Shown: piece by piece, positions 51,940 to 64,000 of the stretch
Position numbering within the stretch: the first letter of the stretch is position 1
How the letters are laid out: every line of letters begins with the position of its first letter
Source of the DNA: Heterodontus francisci
Taxonomy: Eukaryota
Direction: 5' to 3'
Assembly: GCF_036365525.1 (NCBI RefSeq)
Contig: NC_090371.1
Span: 95,698,211-95,762,210, forward strand
DNA: 64,000 bases
Program-made: the position numbers and the translations under genes
Notes under the pieces: generated by a model
The model's database searches: none
Told to the model about the DNA's origin: nothing
The model's input: only the letters and a program-made list of their open reading frames with translations

Positions 51940-54320
51940 GATAGAGATTTACAGCACAGAAACAGGTCCTTTGGCCCATAGTGTCCGTGCCAGCCAACAA
52001 GCACCTATTCTTATCGCATTTTCCACCACTTGGCCTGTAGCCTTGTATGCTATGGCGTTTCAAGTGCTCATCTAAATACTTCTTAAATGTTGTGAGGATT
52101 GCTGCCTCTACCACCCCTTTAGGCAGTGTGTTCCAGATTCCAACCACCCTCTGGGTGAAAAAAGTTTTCCCCAAATTCCCTCTAAACCTCATGCCCCTTA
52201 GCTTAAATCTATGCCCCCTGGTTATTGACACCTCCACTAAGGGAAAAAGTTTCTTCCTATCAATGCCCCTCAACTTTGTACACCTTAATCAGGTTCCCCC
52301 CCTCAGCCTTCACTGCTCTAAGGAAAACAACCCTAGCCTATCCAGTCTCTCTTCATAGTTGAAATGCTCCAGCCCAGGCAACATCCTGGTGAATCTCCTC
52401 TGCACCCTCTCCATTGCAATCACATCCTTCCTAAAATGCAGTGACCAGAACTGTACACAGTACTCCAGCTGTGGCCTAACTTGCGTTTTATACAGATCCA
52501 TCATAACCTCCCTGTTCCTATATTCTATGCCTCGGCTGATAAAGGCAAGTATCCCATATGCCTTCCTAACCACCTCATCTACCTGTGCTGCTGCCTTCAG
52601 TGATCTATGGACAAATACACCAAGGTCCCTCTGACTCTCTGTACTTCATAGGGTCCTACCACCCATTGTATATTCCCTTGCCTTGTTAGTCCTCTCAAAA
52701 TGCATCACCTCACACTTCTCAGGATTAAATTCCATTTGCCACTGCTCCGCCGAACTTGCCAGCCCATCTATAGCACCCTGTAACCAAGGCTTTCCTCCTC
52801 ACTATTTACGACACCACCAATTTTCGTGTCATCTGCGAACTTACTGATCATACCTCCTATATTCACGTCTAAATCATTAATGTACACTACAAACAGCAAG
52901 AGTCCCAGCACCGATCCCTGCAGTACATCACTGGTCACATGTTTCCAATCACAAAGACAACCCTTGACCATCACCCTCTGCCTCCTGCCACCAAGCCAAT
53001 TTTGGATCCAATTTGCCAAATTGCCCTGGATTCCATGGGCTCTTAACTTCTTAAATAATCTCTCATGCGGGACCTTATCAAAAGCCTTACTGAAGTCCAT
53101 GTAGACTACATCAACTGCTGTACCCTCATCTACACATCTAGTCACCACTTTGAAAAATTCAATCAAGTTTGTTAGACATGATCGCCCCCGGACAAAGCCA
53201 TACTGACTATCCTTGATTAATCCCTGCCTCTCCAAGTGGAGATTAATCCTGTCCCTCAGAATTTTTTGCAATAGTTTCCCTACCACTGATGTTCAACTCA
53301 CTGGCCTGTAATTACCTGGTTTATCCCTACAACCCTTCTTGAATAATGGTACCACATTTCGCTGTCCTCCAGTCCTCTGGCACCTCTCCGGTGTCCAGAC
53401 AGGATTTGAAAATTTGTGTCAGAGCCCCTGCTACCTCCTCCCTTGCCTCACATATCAGCCTGGGATTAATCTCATCTGGGCCTGGGGATTTATCTACTTT
53501 TAAGCCCGCTAAAAAAGCTAATACTTCCTCCCTTTCAACGCTAATATGTTCAAGTATATCACAATCCCCCTCCCTGATCTCCACACCTACACCATCCTTC
53601 TCCATAGTGAACACAGATGAAAAGTAATCATTTAAAACCTCATCTACGTCTTCCAGCTCCACACACAGATTGCCACTTTGGTCTCTAATGGGCCCTACTC
53701 TTTCCCTGGTTATCCCCTTGCCCTTAATATACTTATAAAATGCCTTAGGATTTTCCATTATCTTGCCTGCCAGTGTTTTTTCATGTCCCCTCTTCACTCT
53801 CCTAATTACATTTTGAAGTACCAACCCCCCCCCACCCCCTACACTTTCTATACTCCTCTAGTGCCTCCACTGTTTTCAGCACTCTGAATCTGCCATAAGC
53901 CTCCTTTTTTTTTCTTGATCCAATCCTCTATATCCCTTGACATCCAGGGTTCCCTGGACTTGTTGGTCCTACCCTTCACCTTAATGGGTACATGTTGGCT
54001 CTGAACTCTCACTATTTCCTCTTTGAATGAGTCCCACTGATCTGATGTCGACTTTCCTACAAGTAGCTACTCCCAGTCCACTTTGGCCACATCCTGTGGT
54101 ATCATCTTAAAATTGGCCTTCCCCCAATTCAGTCCTTTTATATTCAGTCCATCTTTGTCCTTTTCCATAACTCCCTTAAATCTTACAGAGTTATGGTCAC
54201 TATCCCCGAAATGCTCCCCCACTGACACTTCTACAACTTGTCTGGCTTCATTCCTACGATTAGGTCCAGTACCGCCCCTACTCTTGTAGGGCTTTCTATG
54301 TGCTGGCTCAAAAAGCTATA
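51940..54320 (-). mobile_element. CR1, 5'-truncated, same subfamily as 1-4239
   Basis: ORFs 52768-53286 and 53327-53824 carry RT motifs; close reverse-complement match to 1300-4230. Confidence 0.96.
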
Positions 54321-55519
54321 TCAATAGATTGTTTGACAACTTCTATTATGTTCAGTAAACATTGCTGAAAATGTAATTGACTAATCATACCATTAATTGT
54401 ATGGCTGCGGATTAATAAAAATGATTTTACAAAAACATTACAGGAGGTTATTAAATCTAATCGATACAACTAGTTATTCTTTTCAGTATAACTATTGCAA
54501 ATTGATGTACTATACTGGAGCAAATTTGGACTACACATGCAGTAGTTCATATCAGTTTTGCAGACTTAGTTTCTACCTTCAATCAGTGAACAGCAGAGAT
54601 AGGAATGCCCTGAATGAGAAAAAGGATTGCCGTAGAGATATCAAAATTACCTGGGGTTCAGTTTACAGTAACCTTGCCAGCAGTACAATATACTAACTGT
54701 ATGATAAACATGAAACATCCCTGCTCTATATTCATGCAATTTGAAAAATCTATACTTCCATGTGAAGTTAATTACAAGTCCATTGAACATTCAATGTAGA
54801 TTACAACTGTGAATACTTTACTTCATGGACAGAAAAGCAACTGCATGGGGAAAAAGTCATTTAACATGCCATGGAAATCTCATCAAAAGAGCACAAAGTA
54901 GTAGAGCATGAAGCTTCCTTTGTTGCAAACACTGTATGAAGCTACCATACGCAGGCTTCTAAAACAATTAATAATTTAAAGGTCTCCGCACTTTTGAGGG
55001 TTTGTATTTACTTCCACTTTAGTATTGCTGCTAAGTGGTTGTTTGCCTTTTACAGCAATACTGAAGTTGCAGCACAATCTGTCCAGAATTCACAGGGGAG
55101 TGATAGGAGGCTCCCTAGAAAAAATAAGGTGTCACACCATTTGGATTTGGAATTGCAAGTAGCTCCTGACATGTGGGTCTCAAATAGTTGGCTGATAAAC
55201 TTCTTGAAAAAAAAAGTAACTAGGAATACCTGTCTGTTTTTCCCAAACTGGTCCTTCCTGAACTCAAAAACACTACTGTTCCAGCAGCAGTGCAATTCTT
55301 GTAGATATATTGTTGTAGAATGTATTTCATACATGTAAACTGGTCAAACTGTCAGTCTGTGCAAGCACAGTACACCAAAGTAAAATTTTCAGCTGTTTGG
55401 CAGAGACCAGCTGCACTGTTCAAATGTAAATGCAGGAGAACAGAAACTCTGGGTTACTTTCCTGACATCTGGCAGTTCTAAATAAAATCAGCTTTGAAAT
55501 TTTTAGATGTGCACAGATG

Positions 55520-56660
55520 CTGATTTGACCGAGTATGGCATCAAGGAGCCCTAGCAAAACTGCAGTCAATGGGAATCTGGGGGAAAACACTCCACTGGTT
55601 GGAGTCATACCTAGCGCAAAGGAAGATGGTTGTGGGTATTGGAGGTCAATCATCTGAGCTCCAGGACATCACTGCAGGTGTTCCTCAGGGTAGTGTCCTA
55701 GGCCCAACCATCTTCAGCTGCTTCAATAACCTTCCTTCAATCATAAGGTCAGAAGTGGGGAGGTTCGCAGATGATTGCACAATGTTCAGCACAACGTCCA
55801 TTCGCGATTCCTCAGATACTGAAGCAGTCAGTGTAGAAATGCAGCAAGGACGAGACAATATCTAGGCTTGGGCTGATAAGTGGCAAGTAACATTCGCACC
55901 ACACAAGTGCCGGGCAATGACCAACTCCAACAAGAGAGAATCTAACCATCTCCCCTTGACATTCAATGGCATTACCATCGCTGAATCCCCCACTATCAAC
56001 ATCCTAGGGGTTACCATTGACCAAAAACTGAACTGAATTAGCCATATAAATACCACAGCTACAAGAGCAGGAGAGAGGCTAGGAATCCGGTGGCGAGTAA
56101 CTCATCTCCTGACTCCCCAAAGCCCGTCCTCCATCTACAAGACACAAGTCAGGAGCGTGATGGAATATTCTCCACTTGCCTGGATGGGTACAACTCCAAC
56201 ACCACTCAAGAAGCTCGACACCATCCAGGACAAAGCAGCCTGCTTGAGTGGCATCCCATCCACAAACATTCACTCCCTCCACCACTGACACACAGTGGCA
56301 GCAGTGTATACCATCTACAAGACGCACTGCAGCAACGCACCAAGGATCCTTCGACAGCACCTTCCAAACCAAAGACCTCAACCACCTAGAGGGCAGGGGA
56401 AGCATGGGAACATCACCACCTGCAAGTTCCCTCCATGCCACACACCATCCTGACTTGGAACTATATCGCAGTTCCTTCACTGCCACTGGGTCAAAATCAT
56501 GGAACTCCCTTCCCAGCAGCACTGTGGGTGCACCGACCCAACATGGACTGTAGCGGTTCAAGAAGGCGGCTCACCACCACCTTCTCAGGGGCAATTAGGG
56601 ATGGGCAATAAATGCTGTCCTAGCCAGCAATGCCCACATCCCGTGAACGAATAAAACAAA
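55520..56660 (+). mobile_element. LINE-B, RT C-terminal half to 3' end
   Basis: [15 protein letters not shown]; 3' ~530 bp matches 7447-7997. Confidence 0.93.
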
Positions 56661-56721
56661 ATTACTCCATTGTGTGAAGCAAGATTCAAAGTTGCAGTAA
56701 GATTAGACAAAAGGTCTTAGT

Positions 56722-58642
56722 ACAAAAGTCCTAATACTTTAGAAAGCCTAGAGGAGTATAAAAAGTGCAGGGGTGAAGAAAAAAAAATAAAATTAGAAAA
56801 ACAAAGTGAGGATATGAAAAACTATTGGCAGGTAAAATCAAGGAAAACCAAAAGATGTTTTATCAGTACATTAAGAGCAAGAGGATAACTAAGGAAAGGG
56901 TAGGGCCTATCAGAGATGTACAAGGGAACTTATGCGTGGCTGCAGAAGATGTGGTCAGGGTTCTTCATGAGTTTTTTTACTCTGACTTCACAAAGGAGAG
57001 GGATGATGTAGACACTGTAGTTAAAGAGGAGGAGTGTGAAATATTAGATACGATAAGCATAATGAGAGAGGGAGTACTAGAGGGTCTAACATTCTTGAAC
57101 ATGGATAAATTGCCAGGGCCAATGGATTGCATCCCAGGTTGTTAAAGGATGACAGGGAGGAAATAGCAGATGCGCTAAGGATCATCTTCAAATCCTCACT
57201 AGATACATGAGAGGTACCAGAGGATTGGAGATCCGCGAATGTTGTACCATTGTTTAAAAAGGGTGTGAGGGATAGGCCAAATAATTATAGGCCGGTCAGT
57301 CTGACCTCAGTGGTGGGTAAATTGTTAGAATCTATTCTGAGGGACAGGATAAACTAAAGGCACGGATTAATCAGGGATAGTCAGCATGGATTTGTTAAGG
57401 GAAGGTCATGTCTTACTAATTTAATTGAGTTTTTTGAGGAGGTAACAAGGAGGATTGATGAGGGTAGTGCAGTGGATGTGATCTACATGGATTTTAATAA
57501 GGCATTTGACAAAATCCCACATGACAGACTGGTCAGTAAAATGAAAGCCCATGGGATACAGGGGAATGTGGCAGGTTGGATCCAGAATTGGCTCTGGGAC
57601 AGGAAACAAAGGGTACTAGTCGACGGACGTTTTTGTGAATGGAAAACGGTTTCCAGTGGCGTTCCACAGGGCTCAGTGTTGGGTCCCTTGCTGTCTGTGG
57701 TATATATTAATGATTTGGACTTAAATGTGGGAGGAAATTTGCCGATGACACAAAAATTGGCCGTGTAGTTGGCAGTAAAGAGGGTAGCTGTAGAGTCCAG
57801 AAAGATATCAATGGTTTAGTTGAGTGGGTGGAAATGTAGCAAATGGGATACAATCCAAAAAGTGCAAGGTAATGCATTTGGGGAGGGCAAATAAAGCGAG
57901 GGAATACTCAATAAACGGGAGGATATTGAGATGGGTAGAAGTGAGAGACCTTGGAGCGCATGTTCACAGGTCCCTGAAGGCAGCAGCACAGGTAGATACA
58001 GTGCTGAAGGCGGCATATGGAATGCTTTCCTTTATTGGTTGAGGTATGAATTCAAAAGCAGGGATGTAATGCTGGAACTGTGTAAAATGCTGGTTAGGTC
58101 ACAGTTGGAGTACCGAGTACAGTTCTGGTCACCACATTACAGAAAGGACATAATTGCTCTGGAGAGAGTACACAGGAGATTTACAAGAATGTTGCCAGGG
58201 CTCGAAAGTTGCAACTATGAGGAAAGACTGGATAGACTAGGCTGTTTTCCTTAGAACATAGGAGGCTGAGGGGTGACTTAATTGAGGTGTACAAAATTAT
58301 GAGGGGCCTAGATAGAGAGGAAGGACCTGTTTCCCCTAGAGGGGAGGTCAATTACCAGGGTAATTGGTGATTGGTAGAAGGATTAGAGAGGACGTGAGGA
58401 AAAACCTTTTCACCCAGAGGATGGTGGGTATCTGGAATTCACTGCCAGGAACAGTGGTGGAGGCAGAAACCCTCAATTCTTTTAAAAAGTACCTGGACAT
58501 GCACCTGAAGTGCTGTAACCTGCAAGGCCTTGGACCAGATGCTGAAAGGTGGGATTAGATTGGGCGGCTAGTTTTTTTTCTGGCCAGCACAGACATGACG
58601 GGCTGAATGGCCTTCTTCTGTGCTGTAATTTTTCTATGGTTT
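56722..58642 (+). mobile_element. CR1, 5'-truncated, same subfamily as 6097-9056
   Basis: RT motifs, tail ttctatggtt, shared diagnostic deletion at 57355. Confidence 0.95.
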
Positions 58643-58764
58643 GTATTTTCTACTCCTCTTGAACATATTTAACCATGTCTAATTTTCATAAAAACTAGTC
58701 TATTAAGGAAAATATGGTGCAGTGATATCTCAAACATTTGTAGTCTCCTCTTGAATATTTATAC

Positions 58765-59764
58765 CGGAGGTGGCCAACCTTTTCGCGTGAGGGGCCACAT
58801 TACAATTGTTATCCTACATAGGGGGCTGGTGAGCAAATTTCAGAAAGATAAAGGCATTAGAAATAGGGAATTCTGGGTAACAGAAAACTAACTTTTTTTT
58901 GCAATTCCTCTCTTCACCCACCATACACCAGAATGTAAACACACTACCACTCGGTACGACCCAGCACTTTCAATCGCGCATCACCTCCCTTCGCCAGCAC
59001 CGTCCCCGTCTCTGCCAGCTCATGCCCACTGTGTGCTCACCCCCTACTGTCTCTGCGTACTCACCCCATGCATATTTGTGCTCAGAACCCCCTCCCCACC
59101 GCCTCTGCGTTCTCAGCCCAACACTATCTGTGTGCTCATTCCCCCGCACTGTGTGCTCACATACCCCCCCCCACCCACCGCCTGTGCACTCACACCCCTC
59201 CCCCCGTTTGTCTGTGCGCTCACACCCCCACACCCAACTGTCTCTGCCTAGTGGCACGCCACCACCCCTCCCCCCCACCACTGTCCAACACTATGTGCTC
59301 CCTCCCCCCTCCCTCCCCCCCCCCACCCCGGCAAGTCTGTGCGCTCACACCACACCACCCCCCCCCACCCCATTGTCTCTGCATGCTCACTGCACCACCC
59401 CCCACCCCATGGCACCAATCCTCCCAGCAGGTCCCGCTTCACCCACGCTCCTATTCGACGATGGTCCATGCGCAGGCAAACTTCGCACTTTTGATTGATA
59501 AGCTTCCATGTCAATCGCACGAGCGTCATTCTGCTCCCACCCGCTCCCAACCCCTTTACTGCCGCTCGCTGCAGGAAGCGAAGTTTAGTGACTGTTCAGG
59601 CACAGGCTGAACTGCACCAACTCTCCGCTCACTTACTGCTAATAACTGGGGGACACAAATGTAACAAAATCAATCTCACCCCTTTCTGTGCACAAGTAAT
59701 GAAGGATTGGTGGGCCAGATTGAAAACTTTGGCAGGCCGGATTCTGGCCAGCATGTTAACCCTA
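58765..59764. mobile_element. hAT non-autonomous element with an internal C-rich degenerate tandem repeat (~59030-59410)
   Basis: 8-bp TSD atttatac / gtttatac (7 of 8); left end matches 43912; repeated ctgtg(t/c)gctcac+Cn units. Confidence 0.82.
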
Positions 59765-61877
59765 GTTTATACCAACCAAGTGTATAAAAATGTGGGAAGT
59801 GAGTTTATGCATTAACAGCAGCATGTGTCAAAGTGTCTGTACCAGCATTCGCCATGAGGTGTTCAGAGAAGCGATAGCCCTGATAGTTCAGTTATACATG
59901 CAAATGAAAAATTGCAACTCATAACACACGTGTAGGCAGTAGCACCAAGTATGTCAGACCCAGCAACTACTTCATAAAATTCTTGCTTTGTCCTGCTGCA
60001 AGTTGTTCATAAATAGAAACTTCTGTTCATCCATTAAATTGGAGGTTTCTGTTCCAGACGAGACTTAGCTCAACAGCCTTGTATTGTTGAGTTTTGTACA
60101 GATCCAGCAAAAGATCTAAGTAAATCCCTGACCAGTACTTCAGAGGATTATACCTTTTTCCCCTCTACAACCAACAAGACAAAATTATAATTTCTGGGCA
60201 CTAAGAAGTCGTGCAGAAATGGAACAGGTGCTGGGAGATCAGGAAATCTACCATGTGTCCTGCAAAAGGTGCACAAAGTGAATTAATAGTGTAATCCAAA
60301 ATTGCATGGGGATTCTACCAGAGTCCCATCATTGCTTCAGTGGAAGACCTGTGGTACCTGGTTATGCCATGTCTGACAGCTTCCTGATTACTGTGTAAGG
60401 ACAGACTGAGGTTCTGTGCTTTATAAGCTAATTGATGGACTGCCTCAACTATACTATATTTGGCAGCAAATACACAAAATTACGGTAATTTTAAATTGGC
60501 GTTAACCATAAAACTCAAATTTAGCAGTCTTTAAAATATAAACCAATATTAAACATTAAGTTATTCATATAACATACTCAGCACTTTTTCCCCTCTTTCA
60601 AGTTGTACAATTTACTATACAAAGATTTGCAGTTTTCAAAAAAAATAAAGCAACCGGAGTAAGAATAGTCTACATTTGCATTAAGTTTTAAGTGGGTTTT
60701 GATGGTTTTACTGCAGAATCCACAGAGTAGATTTTCCATCTGTGCAGTTTTTGATCTGCTACCCAATAGCTGCAAAGGAAAACCATTCCATTTAAGAGTC
60801 AGGCCTCATTAACTTCAGGTCAGTGGGCCGTGGTCATAAAAATGATCACCTTAGGGTAGCCCACCAACTCGGGGTCCCCACAATATCAGCCTACCTGACC
60901 AAACTCAGGGTCTGGAAAACCTTTGTTTTGCAGGGGTAGCAGTCCAAGTTGTTGTGCAGGCCACAGAAGCTTCCCCTGTCCCTATTAATATAAATACATA
61001 CTTACCTTTGAACTCCTCTTGGGGTGGACCCCCAGCTGCTATTGCATAGAGCACACAGCGAACACACCCCCTAGCTGAATCCTAAAATGGCATCAGGATC
61101 TCACTGACATCACAGGGCTCCTGTTTAAACACCTAAATTAGCTATTCCCTTGCTTTAGAAGGTTGGTAGAGCTGCCTATTCCAAGGGCCCTAAAAGAATG
61201 AATACAGTCACAGTAATGGTGGAACAGAGGGGAAAGCAAGTTCTTACCCGAGGGATAACCCTCTGAATTACATCCATACATGATTGACTCCTTCAGACCC
61301 GAGATAGGGTACAATTTGCCTGCAGAATCCTTCAGCAGCTGTGCATTTCACCTTATAGGAAAAGAAAGAAATGGAGAAAAAGATATATTCTATGTTTTCA
61401 GAAGAGAAAAGAGGAGGAAAGTAGCTTTAATAGTTGATGATCTCCTTCAAGTCACTCACCCACTCAGGCACTGTTAACCAAGAGGAAGACAAATTTCACT
61501 GACCATTGGCCACTGAATAGGATGAACAGTCAGGAGGATACACATAAGAGTAAAGCAGGATAGCTGTCTCACTGAAACAGTAGCATTCAATAAACTCTTT
61601 CCTCCTTCTCCCAGCCCTTTCTTCTCTCTTTTCTCCCCACCCCTGTTAAAAAGTATTGAAAAGTGCAGGTTAAACATCCAGGATCCACCACTTAGATCTC
61701 CAAAGTACTGCGCCATTAACACTCACCACACTGGCCATATTAATTAATTTTACTAACAAACTGAGTATACTTAGTGCATTACAGATAAGTAATTATTACT
61801 CATCACATTTATCTATTCTTTTGAAATTCGAACAATTTATATCAGTTTTTCTTCTCCTCCTATACATGAGCTGATCA

Positions 61878-62860
61878 CTTTTAGTTGTCCTCATTTTCCA
61901 CCAGCCTCCACATCCAAAGGATCATCCTCCACCATTTCTGCCACCTCCAGCATGATGCCTCCAAACACATCTTCCTCTCCCCTGTCAGCATTCTGAAGGG
62001 ATCATTCTCTCCGTGACACCCTGGTGCACTCCTCTATCACCCCCAACACCTCCTCCCCTTCCCAAGCAACCGCAGGAGGTGTAATACCTGCCTTTTTACC
62101 TCCTCTCTCCTCACCATCCAAGGTCCCAAACACCTTCCAGGTGAAGCAACAATTTACTTGTACTTCTTTCAATTAAGTATACTGCGTTCGCTGCTCACAA
62201 TGCGGCCTCCACTACACTGGGGAGACCAAACGCAGATTGGGTGACTGCTTTGCGCAACATCTTCATTCAGTCTGCAAGCATGACCCCGAACCTCTGGTTG
62301 TTTGCCATTTCAATTCACCATCCTGCTCTCATGCCCACATTTTCGTCTTCAGCCTGCTGCAGTGTTCCAGTGAAAATCAACGCAAGCTCAAGGTACAGCC
62401 CTTCATCTTCTGATTAGGCACCTGTACAGCCTCCTGGACTCAACTTTGAGTTCAACAATTTCAGAGCATGACTGGCTTTTTTTTTTTAATGTTTTTTTTC
62501 ACCATGTAACCTTCTTAAACTTGTTTTCATGTTTGTGCTTTTGGACAGAGCTGCTCATTATTCTGCCATTAACACTCTCTCTGGGCTAATGCTTTGTCTT
62601 TCACTGCAACTATTAGCACTCCCTTTGCCTTTGTTCTATGACACCTTTGTCATTTAATCTCTCCTGCCCTATCACACACCTTCCCTTTTGTTCTTCTCCA
62701 CCACCACCCCGCTACCCCCGTCCTTCACTTGCTCAAAACCTACTACATTTCTCACCTTTGACAGTTCTGACGAAAAGGTCACAGACTTGAAACGTTAATT
62801 CTGTTTCTCTCTACACAAATGCTGCCAGACCTGCTGAATATTTGAGTTCACTTTTCGTTC
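61878..62860 (+). mobile_element. Penelope-like retroelement 3' part: GIY-YIG endonuclease plus terminal repeat
   Basis: FQVKQQFTCTSFN*VYCVRCSQCGLHYTGETKRRLGDCFAQHL...HFN at ~62135-62315. Confidence 0.92.
62763..62800 (+). ncRNA. Minimal type I hammerhead ribozyme motif
   Basis: AGUU-CUGACGA-AA-AGGUC(ACA)GACUU-GAAAC-GUU^-AAUU: core boxes present, 5-bp stem II, 4-bp stem I, palindromic ACGU stem III. Confidence 0.75.
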
Positions 62861-63486
62861 TGTTTTTCTTGTGTCCATTGCACTTCAAAATCCGTCAGTT
62901 ACCACACTTAAAAGTAAATCGCAAGTTCAACAAGTATGTCACATTTGTACCCATTTGGCTCAATGATATTCATAATTTATAAAAATCAAGTGAGCCTATC
63001 AAGAAACAGGATCAAGTTGATTCTCATTAAAAACCAGGTGCAGGCGGTGCAGCTTTAGCCTAGACATCACTTCAAATCAGAAGAAGCCAAGGGTGTTTTG
63101 ATCCTTCTTCAACAACAGAGAAGTCCCAAAGCATGTTAATTGAGGTGGATCTGCAGTACATAAAAAAGAGCTTACACCAACCAGTCACTCAATTTTGTGC
63201 AGATGACATCAGCCTCACTTTTAGGCACAACTCTGTCAAAGACAGTGGGCAGGACTGCTACTTCACAAGTTCCTGTTGTTAAAAACAATGTTCCCAGTGC
63301 AATCACAATCAATCTCTAATTTACCTCAGGGTATGACTATTCAAAGCATTACCCCACAGGTAGTAGCTGAGCAGCCAAATAAGATTTCTAAACATTCCCC
63401 TTCTTGCTGTATCATACATTACTTGAAGACTTCATCATAAAACTGTGTATTATTAAACTACCACATGAGGAGATGTATTATTTTTA

Positions 63487-64000
63487 GTGGCTGCAGAGAT
63501 AGTGGAGGCATTGGTCGAAATATTCCAGAACCCACTGGATTCCGGGAGGGTACCAGCGGATTGGAAAACCATTAATGTGACGCCCCTGTTCAAGAAGGGA
63601 GGAAGACAAAAAGCAGGAAACTATAGGCCAGTCTGCCTAACATCAGTCATTGGGAAACTGCTACAGTCCATTATTAAGGGAGATAGCAGGACATTTAGAA
63701 AAGCTTAACGCAATCAAACAGAGTCAACATGATTTCCCTTTCACAAAACCATGTTTGACAAATTTGCTAGACTACTTTAAAGATATAACAAGTAGAGTTG
63801 ATAAAGGGGAACCGGTAGATGTAGTGTATTTGGATTTCCAAAAGGCATTCGATAAGGTGCCACATAAAAGATTACTGCTCACTGTATTGGGGGTAATGCA
63901 TTAACATGGATTGAGGATTGGTTAACTCACAGAAGACAAAGTCTGAATGAATGGGTCTTTTTCAGGTTGGAAAGACGTAACTAGTAGAGTGCCACAAGGA
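63487..64000 (+). mobile_element. CR1 RT fragment running off the window
   Basis: [24 protein letters not shown]. Confidence 0.95.

Noticed and set aside
58899-59610. Pro/His-rich ORFs of up to 199 aa, or a CRISPR-like array
   Set aside because: Low-complexity repeat inside a hAT element; no fixed repeat-spacer period; eukaryotic DNA.
61005-61085. Exon with perfect AAG|GTAAGT donor
   Set aside because: Poor polypyrimidine tract and repeat-like context; no support for linking it to the gene.

Overview
Vertebrate genomic DNA, almost certainly a shark or other elasmobranch. The inference rests on HE1-like V-SINEs, DeuSINEs and CR1 LINEs with esterase ORF1. Roughly half the window is transposon-derived: many CR1 LINEs, a second CR1/L2-group LINE family ('LINE-B') with its partner tRNA-SINE ('SINE-B'), L2, DeuSINEs, Penelope-like elements, two solo LTRs, two hAT MITEs, a Helitron derivative and a Harbinger relic. 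Most of the supplied ORF track is decayed transposon or antisense noise. Between the repeats, three phase-compatible minus-strand exons (48982-48953, 48145-48102, 40097-39949) encode the C-terminus of a host protein I cannot name. A second, more tentative minus-strand gene may start at a CpG-enriched CCAAT/CHR promoter near 33.1-33.3 kb. The main leads are: (1) a TTTAAAC -1 frameshift heptamer at the CR1 ORF1 stop with an AUG-less ORF2; (2) minimal hammerhead ribozymes in Penelope repeats; (3) two distant CR1 copies sharing one inactivating deletion; (4) several micro-inversions and deep insertion nests. Repeat boundaries were read by eye and are approximate unless a TSD is quoted. No database search was run.
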